Assembly: GCF_006345805.1 (NCBI RefSeq)
Contig: NW_021826970.1
Span: forward strand, 1-11,577
Direction of reading: 5' to 3'
From: Octopus sinensis
Taxonomy: Eukaryota
Length of the DNA stretch: 11,577 nt
Position numbers and translations under genes: made by a program. The notes below the pieces were generated by a model. It was not told the DNA's origin and did no database searches. It worked only from the letters and a program-made list of their open reading frames with translations. Shown here piece after piece: positions 8,828 to 11,577 of the stretch; positions within the stretch are counted from its first letter, which is position 1; every line of letters begins with the position of its first letter.

Positions 8828-8833
<6 letters not shown>

Positions 8834-8882
<49 letters not shown>

Positions 8883-8950
8883 CACACATATATATACACA
8901 CACATACATACACATACAAATGCATATACATGCACACACATACACACACA
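8834..8950. repeat. (TA)n/(CA)n microsatellite
   Basis: Direct reading of the sequence. Confidence 0.95.
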
Positions 8951-9384
8951 TTTCTTTGAGAGACAAACTTTCTTCGTAACCTGCATTTGCTTTTTCCATT
9001 AATAATTTCTGTGGTTTTCGTTTCTCTTGGCAACAAAAATTCTTCCCCAACGCAGCATGTTCTTGTTTCTGTTTTTTGGCTATTTTCTGCACGTGGTCAC
9101 TTTTATAAATATAAAGTAAATTAAAAGAAAATATATTCCAAATAAATCATATAAACAGTAACTTATGGTTTTGTATGACTGAGCTTTGGCAATTAACAAG
9201 TATTTTTTAACAAAAGCAAACCAAACAAAACAATTACTCACGAGCTAAAAAAAAAACACGTCTGAACGATAGCTTAAACTGTGCTCTATAATTTGTTATT
9301 ACCTATACAGGCGATACAAAGAAAATGACAACACAATCATGAATGATTTGACGATGTAGAGCAATTGGGGTCAATTAAAAATTG

Positions 9385-9512
9385 TACGACAGGCGTCTTT
9401 AATTTTTCGTCAACGAAAACCTCTCACAAGGCTCTGGTAGGCCCGAGGTGTCAGGCAGTGAGACTGAACTTGAAGGCGCGTGGTTGGAAAACAAGCTTCT
9501 TATCACGCAGCA
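9385..9512 (-). mobile_element. Degenerate tRNA-derived SINE (duplicate of 7167-7295)
   Basis: Near-identical to the unit 1 copy. Confidence 0.65.
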
Positions 9513-9748
9513 ATAAAAATATTAGAAATATTAAAATTGCTAAGTCTCTCTAAAAGAGAACAACGGCAGCGTTCCCGGAAATAATAGTTATCGCCATACT
9601 AATATGGCATTCTTATAAAAATAAGAATAAAGCTGTCCGCTTATTAGCTCCATGAGGCCATCGCCTTAAGTTAGCTATTTGATACACAAACTGTATCCGT
9701 ATAACCTTCGAACAAGGAGGTCAGTCGCTCCACACTACTTGACCGGCA

Positions 9749-9790
9749 GCTACACACGCGTTTCGGGGTATTGCCCCTTTTCAATGCAGC
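9749..9790 (-). ncRNA. Variant hammerhead U3-A8/G17 (duplicate of 7534-7575)
   Basis: Identical sequence, including G17. Confidence 0.7.
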
Positions 9791-9857
9791 GTAGCCAGAC
9801 CAGTAGGTGTCGCTTCTGGATTTGCAAAGGGAGGCCATCCCTTTCTCGTAAGCCTGA

Positions 9858-9913
9858 GTGATACGCACCGGACCGGTTTCGAGATTATTGTCTCTTATCA
9901 ACGGGCGGTAACC
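9858..9913 (-). ncRNA. Variant hammerhead U3-A8/GUC (duplicate of 7644-7699)
   Basis: Identical core and stems. Confidence 0.82.
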
Positions 9914-9920
9914 ACCATGT

Positions 9921-9951
<31 letters not shown>

Positions 9952-10006
9952 TATATATATATCATAATAAGAAGACGAATAAGAATAATATATATATATG
10001 TATATA

Positions 10007-10059
<53 letters not shown>
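9921..10059. repeat. (CA)n/(TA)n compound microsatellite
   Basis: Direct reading of the sequence. Confidence 0.95.
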
Positions 10060-10061
<2 letters not shown>

Positions 10062-10399
10062 TCCCGGGTTGAGTCGGGGTTAACCACAGTAAATAAGGTA
10101 CTCAATACATAGCAGAGTAAATTAATTTATTTTATAGAAGGAGCTTCTACAGGACTAGAACTGTTTCATTCAAAAGGAATCGTCAGGAAACTAGGTGACA
10201 AGAGTAGTTTTGGCATTTATACATTTAGGCAGGTTTAAGGGGTGGTGGTGGGGGACTTTTTGGGGTAGGCATGGCGCAAACTATCATTCTTAGGGGAGTG
10301 GTCAAAGGAATCAGTGGTAAAGTAGATAAAAGAATAAATAAAGGAATAAAGGAATAAATAGAAAAATAGAGTTTTAGGTAAATAAGGAGACTCTCACTT
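10060..10399 (-). mobile_element. pLTR-like element (duplicate of 7844-8184)
   Basis: Near-identical to the unit 1 copy. Confidence 0.65.
10142..10192 (-). ncRNA. Type I hammerhead, GUA (duplicate of 7925-7975)
   Basis: Identical CTGACGA...GAAA cag/ctg TA motif. Confidence 0.8.
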
Positions 10400-10419
10400 A
10401 TACATATACATATATATAC

Positions 10420-10453
<34 letters not shown>

Positions 10454-10835
10454 TACATATACACATACACACACACACATACACATATGTATACATATAC
10501 ATACATACATATACACATATACATACATACACATATACATATATACACATACACATACGTACACTACACAAATACACCCATATACACATGTACATATGTA
10601 CCCATATACATGTATCTACGTACACGCCCATACCATACTCATACATACACTTATATATGTCTACACACATATATATATTAAAGGGGATATACACCCCATA
10701 CACACGCTCCCATATCCATATATATATAGAATATATTATATAATATATATTTACACACACCCATATACACATATAAATACATACATACACATACATACCT
10801 ATACTATATAATATATATATATATATATAGATGTA
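10400..10835. repeat. Complex (CA/TA/TACA) low-complexity tract
   Basis: Duplicate of 8185-8628. Confidence 0.92.
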
Positions 10836-10914
10836 GGTCCGGGTTGATTCGGGGTTAACCACAGTAAATAAGGTACTCAATACATAGCAGAGTTAAATTA
10901 ATTTATTATATAGA

Positions 10915-10970
10915 AGGAGCTTCTACAGGACTAGAACTGTTTCATTCAAGAGAAATCTTCAGGAAGCCCT
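10915..10970 (-). ncRNA. Type I hammerhead (left arm), core intact
   Basis: Minus strand agggcttc-CTGAAGA-tttctcttgaat-GAAA-cagttctagtcctg-TA-gaagctcct. Confidence 0.82.
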
Positions 10971-11022
10971 GAGCTTCCTGAAGATTTCTCTTGAATGAAA
11001 AGTTCTAGTCCTGTAGAAGCTC
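10971..11022 (+). ncRNA. Type I hammerhead (right arm); C15.2 missing in this copy
   Basis: gagcttc-CTGAAGA-...-GAAA-[c]agttctagtcctg-TA-gaagctc. One-base deletion relative to 8765-8817. Confidence 0.6.
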
Positions 11023-11035
11023 CTTCTATATAATA

Positions 11036-11036
<1 letters not shown>

Positions 11037-11086
<50 letters not shown>

Positions 11087-11152
11087 CACAATATATACAC
11101 ACACACACATACACATACAAATGCATATACATGCAACACAATACACACACAT
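11037..11152. repeat. (TA)n/(CA)n microsatellite
   Basis: Direct reading of the sequence. Confidence 0.93.
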
Positions 11153-11319
11153 TTCTTCCCTTATTTTAATTTTATTTTATTTTTGTTTTTATTTTTATTT
11201 TTATCTTGACCTCGGCCAGCCAGTCCGGCACTGAAGTGATGTCGTCCCAAGGGAACTAGTCTAAAGAATCCATTTATTGCCCCTCTCCCTTCCTTTCTAT
11301 CTTTCTACTCACTGATACG

Positions 11320-11577
11320 AACACAAACACTCACACACGCACACACACTCACACGTACACTCATACACATATACACACGCACGTGTTATATTCATACATA
11401 CATACATCTACATACATGCGTGTATATACACATACGTACACGTATCTACAAATTCATATCTACACGCATACACATACATACACCTATACACCCACAGAAG
11501 ACTAGTCCATACATATACACACATAAATATATATACATATACATATACACATACATACACATACATACACACACACA
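11320..11577. repeat. Degenerate (CA)/(TACA) low-complexity tract
   Basis: Direct reading of the sequence. Confidence 0.9.

Larger units (their letters stand above)
8629..8833 (-). mobile_element. Short pLTR-like element with fold-back inverted 5' end
   Basis: Same terminus as the 7844 copy, with diagnostic substitutions, followed by a 139-bp palindrome at 8695-8833. Confidence 0.7.
10836..11036 (-). mobile_element. Fold-back pLTR-like element (duplicate of 8629-8833)
   Basis: Palindrome at 10903-11036. Confidence 0.7.
6746..11157. repeat. Tandem duplication, two ~2.21-kb units (6746-8954; 8955-~11157)
   Basis: tttgagagacaaac occurs at 6746 and 8955. Internal landmarks are offset by ~2209-2215. 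The junction has tt microhomology and the copies differ mostly by 1-nt indels. Confidence 0.95.

Noticed and set aside
11208-11265. ctgaagtgatg...tcccaaggga as a hammerhead or SINE head
   Set aside because: The core is incomplete, there is no GAAA, and the sequence is too short to assign.

Overview
Eukaryotic, repeat-saturated DNA with no intact host gene. The tRNA-derived SINEs resemble abundant octopus repeats as I recall them, so the source is probably an octopod (inference, not database-checked). The left half holds decayed retroelements: a Penelope-like (PLE) GIY-YIG endonuclease tail (-), an RTE-clade LINE with APE and partial RT (-) joined directly to it, a 3x93-bp minisatellite, SINEs, a HERO/R2-group RT fragment (+) and a possible hAT remnant. 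The right half is a ~2.2-kb tandem duplication (6746-8954 / 8955-~11157), which is either real or an assembly artefact. The main signal is 11 type I hammerhead ribozyme (HHR) motifs in two families, all close to (TA)n/(CA)n tracts. Family A comprises a minimal HHR at 47-107 and, in each duplicated unit, a pair of U3-A8 core variants 117 nt apart; one of each pair has a non-canonical GUG cleavage triplet. The family A GUC motifs share a downstream 25-nt motif. Family B is a pLTR-like element with a GUA hammerhead, and one copy per unit forms a ~139-bp near-perfect palindrome with a hammerhead on each strand. Most ORFs in the supplied track are microsatellite artefacts. All ribozyme calls are by-eye folds and are untested.
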